Shown piece by piece: positions 19,856 through 30,614 of a stretch of 64,000 nt of DNA. A program made the translations under genes and the position numbers. Positions within the stretch are counted from its first letter, which is position 1. Each line of letters opens with the position of its first letter. This stretch comes from Candidatus Woesearchaeota archaeon. Its GTDB lineage: Archaea > Nanobdellota > Nanobdellia > Woesearchaeales > JABIAG01. The stretch lies in the NCBI GenBank assembly GCA_018653365.1, contig JABIAG010000003.1, positions 96,001-160,000 of the forward strand. The letters are read 5' to 3'. The notes under the pieces were generated by a model that ran no database searches, was not told the origin of the DNA, and saw only the letters and a program-made list of their open reading frames with translations.

Positions 19856-21365
19856 TTAGTGCTAACAATCCTGCTAATAAACAATATCCCAGTACGGGTA
19901 TTAAATTATATCTAATTATCTTCCCTTCTTGGTGATGTAGCCCAACTGTTGCTGATGCAGCGATTACATTGTGTACTGCAATCATATTTCCTACTGCACT
20001 TCCTATTGCTTGTAAAGATAATATTAGCACTACACTCATTCCTAGAGCAGTTGCGGTCTCTTTTTGAAATACTCCAAATAACAGGTTAGAAACTGTTGAA
20101 CTTCCGGTCATAAAGCTTCCTATGGCTCCAACAAAGGGCGCAACCATTGTGTAAGAACTTCCACTCACGGCTAATCCCTCTCCAATTACTACTGGCATTG
20201 ATTTTTCAATCCCTCCTGAAAACATAAATATCTGAACTACTGCTATTGTGAATATCAATGCAATAAATGGTTTTAGTACATTTTTGGTGGTTTCTTTTAC
20301 TATCTTTTCTTTATTTTTTATTTTAATCAAAATAAAGGCACCAATTAGTATGAATGGGATTATTCCAGGATTTAGTAGTGGTGCAAATGAAAAGTTTACT
20401 CCATTTAACATTCCTTCCCATCTTATTTTTCCGAATAAATCATAAACTCCCCAACTACGTACTCGAGTAATCACTAAAATTACTGCTGCGATAACATAGG
20501 GCATTGCAGCCTTCCAAACCTTCTTAACTTTTTCAACCTTAACTTTTTTGTCGTGGTTAAATCTGTAACATTTATTTGGTACTAAGAACTTTTTCTTGGT
20601 AGTCCATCCCACTATAATCATCCCTATTATTCCCCCAATTAATGAAGGAAATTCAGGTCCAAAATATATTGCTGTTAAGAAGTAAGGTACTGTGAAACAC
20701 ACTCCTGCAAAGAGTGAGAATGGAATCATTTCTCGAAAGCTTTTCCAGTTCTTATCCCCAAAGATCATTACGATCATAAACACAATTAGTAATGGAATAA
20801 ATGAGCCAATGATCAGATGAAATAGTGCTGCTTTTGCTGCGATTAGTCCTATTGGCACTCCCGCGCTTTTCATTCCGATTAACAGTGCAGTTCCAACCGC
20901 TCCAAAGGTTACTGCGGTAGAATTAGCTATTAGTGAAACTACTACTGCAGTTAGTGCAGGAAAGCCCAGCGCTACCAACAAGGGAGCTGCTAATGCTGCA
21001 GGTACTCCAAATCCTGTGGCGCCCTCAATAAAACTTCCAAATAACCACGCAATAAATATTGCCTGTATACGTCGATCACATGTTATGCTGCGAACAAAAT
21101 TGTCGATGGCTTTAATTGCCCCCGTTTTTTGCATCGATTTAAGTAATAATATTGCTCCAAACACAATTAAGATGATCTCAAACGCAACTAACAGTCCTTT
21201 TAATGAGGCTGCAATGATTAGTCCAGTACTCATTCCCCAGAATGCCATTCCAACTATTAGCGTTACAATGAATGTCAGGGGCATAGTGCGTAAAGCCGAC
21301 CATTTGAACACTACCATAAAGAGAAATATGAGAATGATTGGAGTTAATGCTAATAACAGTTGCAT
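19845..21365 (-). CDS. lctP: L-lactate permease (LctP family)
   Basis: [55 protein letters not shown]. Confidence 0.9.
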   Translation of the reverse strand: MQLLLALTPIILIFLFMVVFKWSALRTMPLTFIVTLIVGMAFWGMSTGLIIAASLKGLLVAFEIILIVFGAILLLKSMQKTGAIKAIDNFVRSITCDRRIQAIFIAWLFGSFIEGATGFGVPAALAAPLLVALGFPALTAVVVSLIANSTAVTFGAVGTALLIGMKSAGVPIGLIAAKAALFHLIIGSFIPLLIVFMIVMIFGDKNWKSFREMIPFSLFAGVCFTVPYFLTAIYFGPEFPSLIGGIIGMIIVGWTTKKKFLVPNKCYRFNHDKKVKVEKVKKVWKAAMPYVIAAVILVITRVRSWGVYDLFGKIRWEGMLNGVNFSFAPLLNPGIIPFILIGAFILIKIKNKEKIVKETTKNVLKPFIALIFTIAVVQIFMFSGGIEKSMPVVIGEGLAVSGSSYTMVAPFVGAIGSFMTGSSTVSNLLFGVFQKETATALGMSVVLILSLQAIGSAVGNMIAVHNVIAASATVGLHHQEGKIIRYNLIPVLGYCLLAGLLALIIF

Positions 21366-21444
21366 GATTAAAACTTGAATTTAAAATTAATAAATCTTTT
21401 TAAAAAAGTAAAATATATAAACTAAAACAATAATTAGAAGCTAT

Positions 21445-21633
21445 ATGAAGCTTTACCCTTTATCTGATTCGTTTGTAGCAATTTCTTTTTTAGGTTTTGT
21501 TTGGGCAGTGTTATTTACGAACGCAGGAAAGCTTTCACCAACTTGGGGTACAACCATGATTATTTTCTTTGCTATCTTGGTTATTGCATCTTTAGCTACG
21601 ATTAGGGCTGCTGCTGAGCGTTCAGCGAATTAG
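21445..21633 (+). CDS. Small two-TM membrane protein
   Basis: 62 aa, hydrophobic, upstream TATA. Confidence 0.6.
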   Translation: MKLYPLSDSFVAISFLGFVWAVLFTNAGKLSPTWGTTMIIFFAILVIASLATIRAAAERSAN

Positions 21634-21916
21634 TAGAATCAAACTTTTCTTTTGCTTTGCTCTCTTTCCAATATATTTCGTGGGAAGCACGTTTTTCAAA
21701 TAATGATTTAGCAACAGAAATAGTCTCGTCATCTTTCATTCCCACGTCTCCAAGAATTAGTTTTGCATCTTTTATGCACTCTTTCATTAATTTAATGTTT
21801 GCTTTTCGTGCTTCTTCTTCAACCGTAATTTCTTCTTCATAAGTTAGGTATACTTCCACCCATTTAGGATATGTACTTCCTTCTACTTTTTTAGCAAAAC
21901 TTTTACTGAACGCCAT
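21602..21916 (-). CDS. Hypothetical protein
   Basis: MAFSKSFAKKV..YPKWVEV..LFEKRASH; clean ORF downstream of the ATPase. Confidence 0.7.
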   Translation of the reverse strand: MAFSKSFAKKVEGSTYPKWVEVYLTYEEEITVEEEARKANIKLMKECIKDAKLILGDVGMKDDETISVAKSLFEKRASHEIYWKESKAKEKFDSTNSLNAQQQP

Positions 21917-21958
21917 TATATTAGTTATAAATTTAAGAACTTAATAAACTTTTATTTC

Positions 21959-23275
21959 TTAGAATAGTTTCTTTTCTTGTTTGATTGCGGTTGGTGCCTC
22001 TCCGCCGTGCCAGGTTGATCGCGGTCTTATTCTTGTAGAAAATATTCTCTCATTTTTGTCGTCTATTATCAGCGCTGCTCCTGGAACACGAGGTAAAATC
22101 CGTAAGTGATCGTCTATTCCTTTGGTCATATATGACGCACTTAACATTTTAAGAGCGTCTATGTCTAGTCGAGCAGTTATTCTGTGCGCTATTATTATGT
22201 CTGATTGGGTCATTACATCCGTGTGGATTTTTCCGGGTTGTTGTGTTGCTAGTACGAGTGAAATTCCTGGCTGTCTTCCCTCTCTTAAGATTGTAATTAA
22301 TGCTGTTGTTGCTGCGGTTTCACCATGTAATGGCAGGAATTCGTGAGCTTCATCAATTACTAACCATACTAATGGCTTTTCCATTTTGTTGCCTTTCTTA
22401 TTTACTCCAAATGTGGTCATTTGTTGTATAGCTTCAAATTCTTCATTTTTTCTCATTACCATTCGTTCATTGAATAATTTCTGTGCCACTAACCCAATTA
22501 CTAGTGATTTTATTGCCCATCCATTTGGTGAGGTTGCATATGCACTAACGTCAAGTACTGTGACTTGTCCACCGACGGAAAGACTTTCTAGTGAGGTTCC
22601 TGTTTTTGAGAATACTCCCCAGGATGAAGCATTTTCAAACCGGTTTGTTGCTGCAGTTTTTAGACTAGTTTTAGCGTCTGATTTTTTTATCTGGTCAATT
22701 ATTTCTTTTATTCCGTAATTAACTGCAGTTGATTTTAATTCATTTAAGGTATTTTCAATAAATACTGCTAGGGGTTCATTCATGTCTAAATTAAATGTTA
22801 AGAACCAATCTTGAGGTAGTAGTTCTGCAGGTCGGATAGAAAACGGTTCATCTGTGGGAATTCCTTTTTTCTTATAGTCGTCAAAGAAGCCTGAGGGAGT
22901 AAAGATTTTGATATCTAGTCCGTTTCCGTTTAGTCCCCAATCATTTAATAATTCTTTATCTTTTGAATTTGCATACTTCATGGTCCAGTAAATTCCCATC
23001 GTGTCTAATATGATAAAACTTAGATTTTGTGATACTTCTGGGTCCATGTTTGCTGCTCCTTCAGCAATTGCACCCATTGTGTAAGATTTTCCTGATCCTC
23101 TTTTTCCACAAACAAAGACTACGTGTGCTTTTGCTACGTCCATGTAAATTTTGTTGGATAATGAGGTGTTTCTTCCCATGGTTACATATTGTTTTGCTAA
23201 TAGAATTATTCCTTTTTCTCCAAATCGTTCTATGTCATGTTTGTTTCTTCCTAAAATGATGTCATGAACCATCAT
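21959..23275 (-). CDS. HerA/FtsK-superfamily ATPase (DUF87/DUF853-like)
   Basis: GKRGSGKSYT (Walker A), LVIDEAHEF (Walker B), REGRQPG, ATQQP; likely start 23275 or 23272. Confidence 0.88.
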   Translation of the reverse strand: MMVHDIILGRNKHDIERFGEKGIILLAKQYVTMGRNTSLSNKIYMDVAKAHVVFVCGKRGSGKSYTMGAIAEGAANMDPEVSQNLSFIILDTMGIYWTMKYANSKDKELLNDWGLNGNGLDIKIFTPSGFFDDYKKKGIPTDEPFSIRPAELLPQDWFLTFNLDMNEPLAVFIENTLNELKSTAVNYGIKEIIDQIKKSDAKTSLKTAATNRFENASSWGVFSKTGTSLESLSVGGQVTVLDVSAYATSPNGWAIKSLVIGLVAQKLFNERMVMRKNEEFEAIQQMTTFGVNKKGNKMEKPLVWLVIDEAHEFLPLHGETAATTALITILREGRQPGISLVLATQQPGKIHTDVMTQSDIIIAHRITARLDIDALKMLSASYMTKGIDDHLRILPRVPGAALIIDDKNERIFSTRIRPRSTWHGGEAPTAIKQEKKLF

Positions 23276-23364
23276 TAAATTTGAAGAAGTGAGTATAAAT
23301 ATCTTTCTATTATTGTACTTGAGTTTCATAAGTTTTATTAATGATAACTTGATTTGGTTGTTTT

Positions 23365-24672
23365 ATGAATACACACAATCCTGAAGATAAAGTCAAAGTA
23401 GAAGAAAAGAACACCGAAGAAAATACTGAAGTCATTTATGAAGATGATTTTGAAGAACCTAAATCTTCAAAGAAGGGTTGGATTGTTACTGGAGTTGTGA
23501 TTGTATTGCTTCTAATTGCATTTTTGGTTTGGGCTAATGCATCTCCTTCAGAAGAACTTGATGTTTTGGCTTTTGTTAATGGTCAGCCTGTTTATGCTGC
23601 TGAGATTGATGCGCGATTTGAACAATTGCCTGCTGAATATAAAGACGTTGTTGACAGATCATTAGTTTTAAATCAGACTATTGATGAAATTTTATTGGTT
23701 CAAGAAGCTATCACTCAAGGAATTGAAGTGAATGAAGAAGAACTAACGTCTGAATTGAACACAATTCTTCAACAAAGTATGATGAGTAAAGAACAATTTG
23801 AAGAATACTTGGTTAACAATGGTCTGGATTTAGAAACAGCATTGAATCAAATTGAAGTAAATTTAGTTTTAAGAAAGTTATTAAGTGGTGTTGCTAACGT
23901 TTCTGTTTCTGAGGAAGAAGTAGAATTTTATTATGCACAAAATAAAAACTTGTTCAAGACCCTGGAGTCTCGAAAGGTTAGTCATATTTTGATTTGTTAT
24001 GTCGGTGCACAAGGTTGTGAGGCAAATTATACTAATGAGCAAGCTACAGAACTGGTAAATGAAGTTTTAGAAAAGACTAAAACCGAAGATTTTGCATCCT
24101 TAGCAAAAGAATATTCTACGGGACCTTCCGCACCAACTGGTGGGAGTTTGGGCTCTGTTGACGAAACTACAAATTTTGTTCCTGAGTTTAAAGCAGCTGC
24201 TTTAGATCTTAATGCAGGCGAGGTATCTGGTATTGTTGAGACTGATTTTGGATTTCACATTATTAAGGTAAGTGAAGTTACTCCTGCTAACACTGTTGAG
24301 CTGGCTGAAGTAAGTCCTCAAATTGAGGCAGAAATTCTTAATGCTAAGACTTCTCAGTTTGTTGGAATATATTTGGCAACCTTGAGAGAAAAAGCAGACA
24401 TACAATTTATTACTACTTGTGATGTAGAAGGCGTAATCTTTTATTCTGCTGATTGGTGTGATAATTGTGAAGAAGCAGATGCTGTAGTAAACGAGTTAAT
24501 TGCTGAGGGTCGTTCTATAACTAAAGTAATGGTTTCTGATAATGATCTTGTTAAAACTTGTTTTGGCGCGATTATGAAAGAACAAATTCCTCAATTTATT
24601 TGTGGAAAAGAAGCAGTTGTTGGCCAGCTTTCTAAAGAAGAAATAGTTACTCTTGTTGAGAAGTGCGATTAA
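23365..24672 (+). CDS. Membrane-anchored SurA/PrsA-type parvulin peptidyl-prolyl isomerase with C-terminal thioredoxin-like domain
   Basis: TM anchor, SurA-N-like helices, SHILI, FASLAKEYS..GGSLG, VETDFGFHII, C-terminal FYSADWCDNC. Confidence 0.88.
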   Translation: MNTHNPEDKVKVEEKNTEENTEVIYEDDFEEPKSSKKGWIVTGVVIVLLLIAFLVWANASPSEELDVLAFVNGQPVYAAEIDARFEQLPAEYKDVVDRSLVLNQTIDEILLVQEAITQGIEVNEEELTSELNTILQQSMMSKEQFEEYLVNNGLDLETALNQIEVNLVLRKLLSGVANVSVSEEEVEFYYAQNKNLFKTLESRKVSHILICYVGAQGCEANYTNEQATELVNEVLEKTKTEDFASLAKEYSTGPSAPTGGSLGSVDETTNFVPEFKAAALDLNAGEVSGIVETDFGFHIIKVSEVTPANTVELAEVSPQIEAEILNAKTSQFVGIYLATLREKADIQFITTCDVEGVIFYSADWCDNCEEADAVVNELIAEGRSITKVMVSDNDLVKTCFGAIMKEQIPQFICGKEAVVGQLSKEEIVTLVEKCD

Positions 24673-24688
24673 TTTAAAAAAAGAAAAA

Positions 24689-24723
24689 TGCTCAGAAACA
24701 AGTTTCTGGCACCACTAAAGTGG
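24689..24723. terminator. Two hairpins between convergent genes
   Basis: tgctcagaaac-aa-gtttctggca and ccact-aa-agtgg next to an A-run (U-run on the minus strand). Confidence 0.45.
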
Positions 24724-24726
24724 AAT

Positions 24727-26007
24727 TCATAATTCACTTACTGTGATTATGTTGGTTTTTTCTGAAGTCTTAACTTTTGAGTCCATTCCAATTATGTGCT
24801 TTATTCCAGACTTTTCTGCGGTATTAACTAATGCAGAATTTACTTCTCCATCAAATACTACTGCATACATTCCTGTGTTTAAACTTTTAATTGTTGGTTC
24901 TAGTTCACTTAGTGGAACTTTACCCAATATGTTTAGCTTCTCATCAAGTATTGCTGCTCCTCGCGTACCAATAAGTTCTTCAGCCATGTCTTTGAAGGTT
25001 TTTTTCTCTTCAGCATTTAATGTTGCCTTCTTAACACTTGTTCTTGGAGTGAATTCTCTTCGTGCAGGTCTTGGACTTGCAGGTCTAGCAGGTCTTTGAC
25101 TTGTACTTCTTGGGGCAGGTCTACTTGTTGGTCTTGGTCGAGTGCCAAATGTTGGCTTTTTTGAGGTTTCAGAAGGTTTTAGATCCATTTTCAGTTGTTC
25201 AAATGCAATTCTTGATCTAAGAGCTTTGTTTATCTCTTTTTTTGTTAGTTCTTCAACCTCTTTACCGTCTGGAGCTTTTGTTACAAAGTCTATTTCTGCA
25301 ACACTGCTTAACTCTCTAATAATTAGGTCTCCGCCTCGGTCTCCATCAACAAATACGGTTACTGCTTTTTGTTTTGCTAATTCGACTAGTGTTGGTGGTA
25401 CAGATGTTCCGTTCATTGCTATTGCGTTTTTGAATCCGCTTTTCAATAAACTTAATACGTCTGCTCTACCCTCTACTATAATTATGTCTTCACTCTCTTC
25501 AACACCCGGTCCTGCAGGTAATCGGTCTTTACCGTATTCGGTTATTTCCATTACTCTTACAGATTGCGATACTTCTTCAGCAATTTCTTGTGAATCGGGC
25601 ATTACATTGTCCATTAAGTGTTTAAGTAGTTCTTTTGCTCGACCTACGACTTGGTTTCTTTTACTTATTCGTACATCTTCGATTTTTAGAACTTTAACGG
25701 TTGCATTACATGGGCCTATTCTTTGGATTATTTCCAAAGCTGCACCAATTATGCAAGTTTCTGCTTTATCTAATGAAGAAGGGATTAAGATTGTTCCAGA
25801 TGTTTTTCCTGAGTGTACTTCTGAAGTTACTTCTATTCTTCCAATTCGTCCATTTCTTTGTAATTCTCTTAATTCTAGGTCAGAACCTAATAATCCCTCG
25901 GTTTGTCCAAAGACTGCTCCGATTATGTCTGGTTTGTCTACTACTCCTTCAATGTTTATTGAAGCATGAATTATGTATTTTGCTGCCACTTGGCTAATTT
26001 TTCCCAT
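24727..26007 (-). CDS. dnaG: Archaeal DnaG (TOPRIM; primase-like exosome subunit)
   Basis: GAVFGQTEGLLG, GRIGRI, IVEGRADV, FVDGDRGG. Confidence 0.96.
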   Translation of the reverse strand: MGKISQVAAKYIIHASINIEGVVDKPDIIGAVFGQTEGLLGSDLELRELQRNGRIGRIEVTSEVHSGKTSGTILIPSSLDKAETCIIGAALEIIQRIGPCNATVKVLKIEDVRISKRNQVVGRAKELLKHLMDNVMPDSQEIAEEVSQSVRVMEITEYGKDRLPAGPGVEESEDIIIVEGRADVLSLLKSGFKNAIAMNGTSVPPTLVELAKQKAVTVFVDGDRGGDLIIRELSSVAEIDFVTKAPDGKEVEELTKKEINKALRSRIAFEQLKMDLKPSETSKKPTFGTRPRPTSRPAPRSTSQRPARPASPRPARREFTPRTSVKKATLNAEEKKTFKDMAEELIGTRGAAILDEKLNILGKVPLSELEPTIKSLNTGMYAVVFDGEVNSALVNTAEKSGIKHIIGMDSKVKTSEKTNIITVSEL

Positions 26008-26262
26008 TTTTTCCTCCCGGAGAGTTCTCTCCTTTATTTGGGTATTTTTTGTTTAATTTGTTGTAGAACAAGCTTTTTTTGATTAATTAATTACCTATAT
26101 TTGGTTGTTTTTGGCATTTAAAGTGATCGTGATTAAGCTTGTTCTTGAACTGTTTTACCCTTGTTTTTAAGCATAAATGTGACCCGCGACACTAACTCCC
26201 AAGCTCATCGCTTCGGCTTTGCCTTGAGCTCCATTGAGTACTCTCGCGGCGGGCCTCAAGTA
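26008..26262 (-). promoter_or_regulatory. Putative long structured 5' leader or ncRNA upstream of dnaG
   Basis: Nested inverted repeats: ccgcga/tcgcgg, actc/gagt, agctca/tgagct; agaacaagctt/aagcttgttct; ggagag/ctctcc beside the SD; TATA at ~26284-26293. Confidence 0.5.
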
Positions 26263-26314
26263 GGTTTTAAGGAATGGAAATACATTTATAAATCTTTGCA
26301 TTATATGTTATTGG

Positions 26315-27007
26315 ATGGTGGTATCAAAAGACAAATTTAAGGTCAGAGAGGGAGTTTTTGATAGTTTTACCATCAAAACATTGCAGTTTCTTGATTCGAA
26401 GGGTTTTTTTGAGCTAGAAGAGCTTTCGCCGTTGTTTTTGGGTAAAGAATCCAACGTTTTTATTGGAAAGGGCAATAATGGACATGTTGCAATTAAGATT
26501 TATCGTCTTGAGAATTGTGATTTTAACAAAATGTATGATTATATTAAGCTTGATTCGCGATTTAAGGGTGTTAAAAGGAAGAAAAGGGACATCATTTTTA
26601 TGTGGGTTCAACGAGAATTTAGAAATTTGATGAAAGCTAGGCAAAAAGGGGTTAGAGTTCCCACACCTTTAGCTATTCGAAATAATGTGATTATTATGGA
26701 TCTTGTTGGCGCTCCTGCGTCAAAAGTGAAGGATGATTTGCCTAAAAATGTTAAAAAGTTTTATTTGAACATAATTTCGCAGATGAAAAAGCTTCTTAGT
26801 GCTAATTTAGTGCATGCGGATCTTTCTCAGTTTAATATTTTAAATCATAACGATTTGCCTGTTTTTATTGATTTTTCTCAATCAACTACAAAAGATTCGT
26901 TAAGAGCAAGAGAGTACCTTGAGCGTGATTTAAAAAATGTGAATAATTTCTTTAAAAAAATAGGTTTAAAAGAAAAAGAGTTAAAAACAGTTGAGGATCT
27001 CCTCTAA
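26315..27007 (+). CDS. rio1: RIO1 family atypical kinase
   Basis: GKESNVF, AIKIY, EFRNL, LVHADLSQFNIL, IDFSQ. Confidence 0.93.
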   Translation: MVVSKDKFKVREGVFDSFTIKTLQFLDSKGFFELEELSPLFLGKESNVFIGKGNNGHVAIKIYRLENCDFNKMYDYIKLDSRFKGVKRKKRDIIFMWVQREFRNLMKARQKGVRVPTPLAIRNNVIIMDLVGAPASKVKDDLPKNVKKFYLNIISQMKKLLSANLVHADLSQFNILNHNDLPVFIDFSQSTTKDSLRAREYLERDLKNVNNFFKKIGLKEKELKTVEDLL

Positions 27008-27009
27008 GA

Positions 27010-27561
27010 ATGCAAGCTTCATACGATATTAAAATTCCTAAGGAAAGAGTAGCAGTTTTAATAGGTGTTAAAGGAATTGTTAAAAAGAATTTACAGAAGG
27101 CTACTGAAACAATTATTGATGTAGACTCTAGTGAAGGACTTGTTACTGTTTCTGGTGAAGATGCTCTTAAGTTAATGGATGCTCAAAGCATTATCAAGGC
27201 AATTGCTAGAGGGTTTAATCCTGAACTTGCTATGCTTTTACTTAAGCAAGATTATTGTTTTGAATTAATTGATCTTAAACTTATTGCTAGAAACCAAAAT
27301 GATTTAGAAAGATTAAAGGGTAGAATTATTGGTGCGGATGGTAAGTCTAGGCGAACTATTGAAACTTTAACTGAAACTTACATTTCTGTTTATGGTAAAA
27401 CTGTTGCACTTATTGGTGAAATTACAATGGTTCAGATCGCTAAAAAGGCGGTTGCTCTTCTTGTTGATGGTTCTGCGCACTCGCATGTTTTCAAGTATTT
27501 AGAGACTCAACGAAGAAAACTTAAACAACAGGATTTTGAGTCCCAACACAAAGGTTTATAA
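27010..27561 (+). CDS. KH-domain pre-rRNA processing protein Dim2/Pno1
   Basis: [27 protein letters not shown]; rio1-dim2-top6B synteny. Confidence 0.93.
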   Translation: MQASYDIKIPKERVAVLIGVKGIVKKNLQKATETIIDVDSSEGLVTVSGEDALKLMDAQSIIKAIARGFNPELAMLLLKQDYCFELIDLKLIARNQNDLERLKGRIIGADGKSRRTIETLTETYISVYGKTVALIGEITMVQIAKKAVALLVDGSAHSHVFKYLETQRRKLKQQDFESQHKGL

Positions 27562-27584
27562 ATGATTTACGAATTCTAGGATTT

Positions 27585-29285
27585 GTGACCCAAACAACAT
27601 TGAACGGAGAAGCACAAAAACCACCAAAACAATCAAAGGCTGAAGAGATGGCTCTGAAGCAAAGAGAGATTTCTGTAGCTGCATTTTTTGAAAAGAATCG
27701 TCACTTATTGGGGTTTGATAATCCAAGAAAAGCACTTTTGACGACGGTTAAAGAGGCAGTTGATAATAGTTTAGATGCTTGTGAGGAAGCTGAAATTCTT
27801 CCTGAAATAATTGTTGAGATGATTGAACTTTCTGAAAATAAGTATAGAATTATTATTGAAGATAATGGGCCAGGGATTGTTAAAGCTCAAATTCCTAAAA
27901 TTTTTGCTAAATTATTATATGGTTCTAAATTTCATAAGCTTTCTCAAAGTAGGGGTCAGCAAGGAATTGGTATTTCGGCATCTGTTATGTATGCACAACT
28001 TACTACGGGAAAACCTGCAAAAATTGTTTCTAAAACTGGTCCAAAAACTCAGGCTCACTTATACGAACTTCATATTGATACTGAAACTAACAAACCAGAA
28101 ATAGTTAGGGATGAAGTTAAGGAGTGGAATAAGGATTCGGGTACACGAATTGAGATTGATTTGGAAGGTACGTACATAAAAGGTAATCAATCTGTTGACG
28201 AATATCTTAAACAAACTGCAATTGTTAATCCTCATGTTACGTTAATTTATACTAATCCTAAAGCTGAACAAATTATTTTTCCAAGGGCTACTGAAGTTGT
28301 TCCAGTTCCTGCTAAAGAGATCAAACCTCATCCGTATGGTGTTGAGCTGGGGGTTTTCATTAGGATGCTTAAGTATACTGAATCTAGAACTTTACAATCT
28401 TTTTTAACAAGTGAGTTCTCTCGTGTTGGTGCGGGGACTGCTAAAGAGATCTGTCAACACGCAGCGTTATTACCAAATACTAAACCTGCTGCTGTTTCAC
28501 GGGAAATGGCAGAATCTTTGATGAAGGGGATTAAGAAAACTAAAATTATCGCTCCACCTTCTGATTGTATTTCTCCAATTGGGGAGGTTAATCTTGAGAA
28601 GGGATTAAGAAAAGAAATTAATGCAGAATTTTATACTACTATCACTAGACCTCCTGCAGTTTATCGAGGAAATCCTTTTGTTATTGAGGTAGGTATAGCA
28701 TATGGTGGTGAACAGCCCTGTGATAAACAAGTTAAATTATTGCGGTATGCTAATCGTGTTCCTTTGTTATATCAACAGGGAGCTGGTGCGGTTGCTAAAT
28801 CAACCGCAGTTACTAATTGGCGACCGTATGGTTTACAACAATCTGGTAGAAACCTTCCTGTTGGACCTCTTACTGTTGTTGTTCATATTGCTTCTGTCTG
28901 GGTTCCGTTTACTTCTGAAAGTAAGGAAGCTATTGCACATTATTCTGAAATTATGAAAGAGATCCGTCTTGCAATTCAAGAATGTGGTAGAAAGTTAGGA
29001 AGTTATGTTAATAAGAAGAAGCGTGTTGGTGCAGAACTTAAAAAACGTAGTTATATTGAAAAGTACATTCCTCATGTTGGGGATGCACTAAAAGATCTTC
29101 TTGAACTTAAGCCAGAAGCTTCTGAAAACATTCAAACTTTGTTAAAAGAGATTTTAGAAGAGCAAAGAGGCAAGGTTGCAACGGTGGGTGTTGTTGACAA
29201 CCCTGATTATGATGAAAATTTTGCGAATATAGGTAAAGAAGATAAAGAAGAAAAACCAGAAGGAGAAGAAAATGAAAGTAACTGA
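27585..29285 (+). CDS. top6B: DNA topoisomerase VI subunit B
   Basis: [40 protein letters not shown]. Confidence 0.98.
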   Translation: MTQTTLNGEAQKPPKQSKAEEMALKQREISVAAFFEKNRHLLGFDNPRKALLTTVKEAVDNSLDACEEAEILPEIIVEMIELSENKYRIIIEDNGPGIVKAQIPKIFAKLLYGSKFHKLSQSRGQQGIGISASVMYAQLTTGKPAKIVSKTGPKTQAHLYELHIDTETNKPEIVRDEVKEWNKDSGTRIEIDLEGTYIKGNQSVDEYLKQTAIVNPHVTLIYTNPKAEQIIFPRATEVVPVPAKEIKPHPYGVELGVFIRMLKYTESRTLQSFLTSEFSRVGAGTAKEICQHAALLPNTKPAAVSREMAESLMKGIKKTKIIAPPSDCISPIGEVNLEKGLRKEINAEFYTTITRPPAVYRGNPFVIEVGIAYGGEQPCDKQVKLLRYANRVPLLYQQGAGAVAKSTAVTNWRPYGLQQSGRNLPVGPLTVVVHIASVWVPFTSESKEAIAHYSEIMKEIRLAIQECGRKLGSYVNKKKRVGAELKKRSYIEKYIPHVGDALKDLLELKPEASENIQTLLKEILEEQRGKVATVGVVDNPDYDENFANIGKEDKEEKPEGEENESN

Positions 29286-30351
29286 TAAAATAAAAGAGGT
29301 AGGAGTTGAAATTTACAATTCTATCCTGAAAAAGAAACAACCCGAACTTTCCTCTCCAATTAGATCTTTATCAAATGTTAAATATGATACCAAAAATGGT
29401 TTTTTTGAATTGACAGGTAAGATGAAATTAAGAACTCTTACTGCTGCTACGATTAAAACTTTTGCCCAAACTCTTAGGATGATGAATCTTTCTAAAGAGT
29501 TAATAGAAAAAGATGATATTGCAACCAAGAGGGAGGCGTATTACGTTTCTAAAAATTGGGGTGATGCTCGTTTTAAAGAACAACCTGAATCTGATAGTGT
29601 GATGGATGATGTTGAGGCAATGTTAGAGGTTAATCGTGAACAGATTGGGTTTATTCCTGAAGAAAAAGGGGGTGATGTTGCGGGTCAATTAATTGTTGTT
29701 GATAAAGACCCTGATACTGGTAAAGAGATTAAGATTGATTGTACAAAGATGGGTACTGGAGCTTATTCTATTCCTTCTTCTGTTGAGCATTTAAAGTTTG
29801 AAACTAATGCTAAATTTATTCTTGCTATTGAAACTGCAGGTATGTTTCAACGGTTAGTTAAACATAATTATTGGAGAAAGTCTAACGCAATTCTAATTTC
29901 TATGGGTGGCGTTCCAACTCGTGCTTGTCGAAGGTTTATTCGAAGAATGAGTGATGAATTAAATCTTCCTGTTTACGTTTTTACTGATGGTGATCCTTAT
30001 GGATTTTTGAACATTTACAGAACTCTAAAGGTTGGTTCAGGTAATGCAGCTCATATTAACAAGTATTTTTGTGTTCCGCAAGCTAAATTTATTGGGGTTA
30101 CACCACAAGATATTGTTGATTACAAGCTTCCGACGCATCCTTTGAAAGATGTGGATATTAAGCGTGTTAAGGATGGTGTTAAGAACGATCCTTTTGTTCA
30201 TGCTCATAAGGAATGGCAGAAGGCGCTTAAACAAATGGTAGCTATGAAGGTTAGGGCGGAACAGCAGGCTTTTGCTGCTCATGATCTGAATTATGTTATT
30301 GATACTTATCTTCCTGAGAAGCTTAAAGATAGTAAAAAGTGGTTGCCTTAG
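29272..30351 (+). CDS. top6A: DNA topoisomerase VI subunit A
   Basis: [20 protein letters not shown]. Confidence 0.98.
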   Translation: MKVTDKIKEVGVEIYNSILKKKQPELSSPIRSLSNVKYDTKNGFFELTGKMKLRTLTAATIKTFAQTLRMMNLSKELIEKDDIATKREAYYVSKNWGDARFKEQPESDSVMDDVEAMLEVNREQIGFIPEEKGGDVAGQLIVVDKDPDTGKEIKIDCTKMGTGAYSIPSSVEHLKFETNAKFILAIETAGMFQRLVKHNYWRKSNAILISMGGVPTRACRRFIRRMSDELNLPVYVFTDGDPYGFLNIYRTLKVGSGNAAHINKYFCVPQAKFIGVTPQDIVDYKLPTHPLKDVDIKRVKDGVKNDPFVHAHKEWQKALKQMVAMKVRAEQQAFAAHDLNYVIDTYLPEKLKDSKKWLP

Positions 30352-30614
30352 TTCTGAAAAACCCACTGGACATTCCGGAAAGTTTTCATACTTAAGCCAC
30401 TGGCCACTGGACAGGTCCTGACACCAGGCTTATAAACAAAACCTAATTCTAAAAAGAGCCTCGCGCGCAACTCTCAACTTAAACCTTTCCCCTTACAGGG
30501 TCGCTTACGCTAAAAGTTTAAGAAGCGTTTCGCTGGTTGAGTCTCTTTTTCCCAGTTAGATTTCTTTACGTTGTGTAAGAAATCTCAACGTAGATTGGGA
30601 TTTGAGTGGGTGTG

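Noticed and set aside
25142-25969. 275-aa ORF antisense to dnaG, and similar shadows (61468-62217, 14136-14687, 57615-58136, 9670-10098)
   Set aside because: Antisense to well-supported genes, with the Ser/Ile/Phe-rich composition typical of shadow frames
26090-26235. Short uORFs in the dnaG leader (MELKAKPKR, MLKNKGKTVQEQA, MPKTTKYR)
   Set aside because: Lengths expected by chance, with no clear SD or diagnostic codon content
30363-30410. ccactgg repeats as a CRISPR array
   Set aside because: Only 7 bp, irregular spacing, no cas genes
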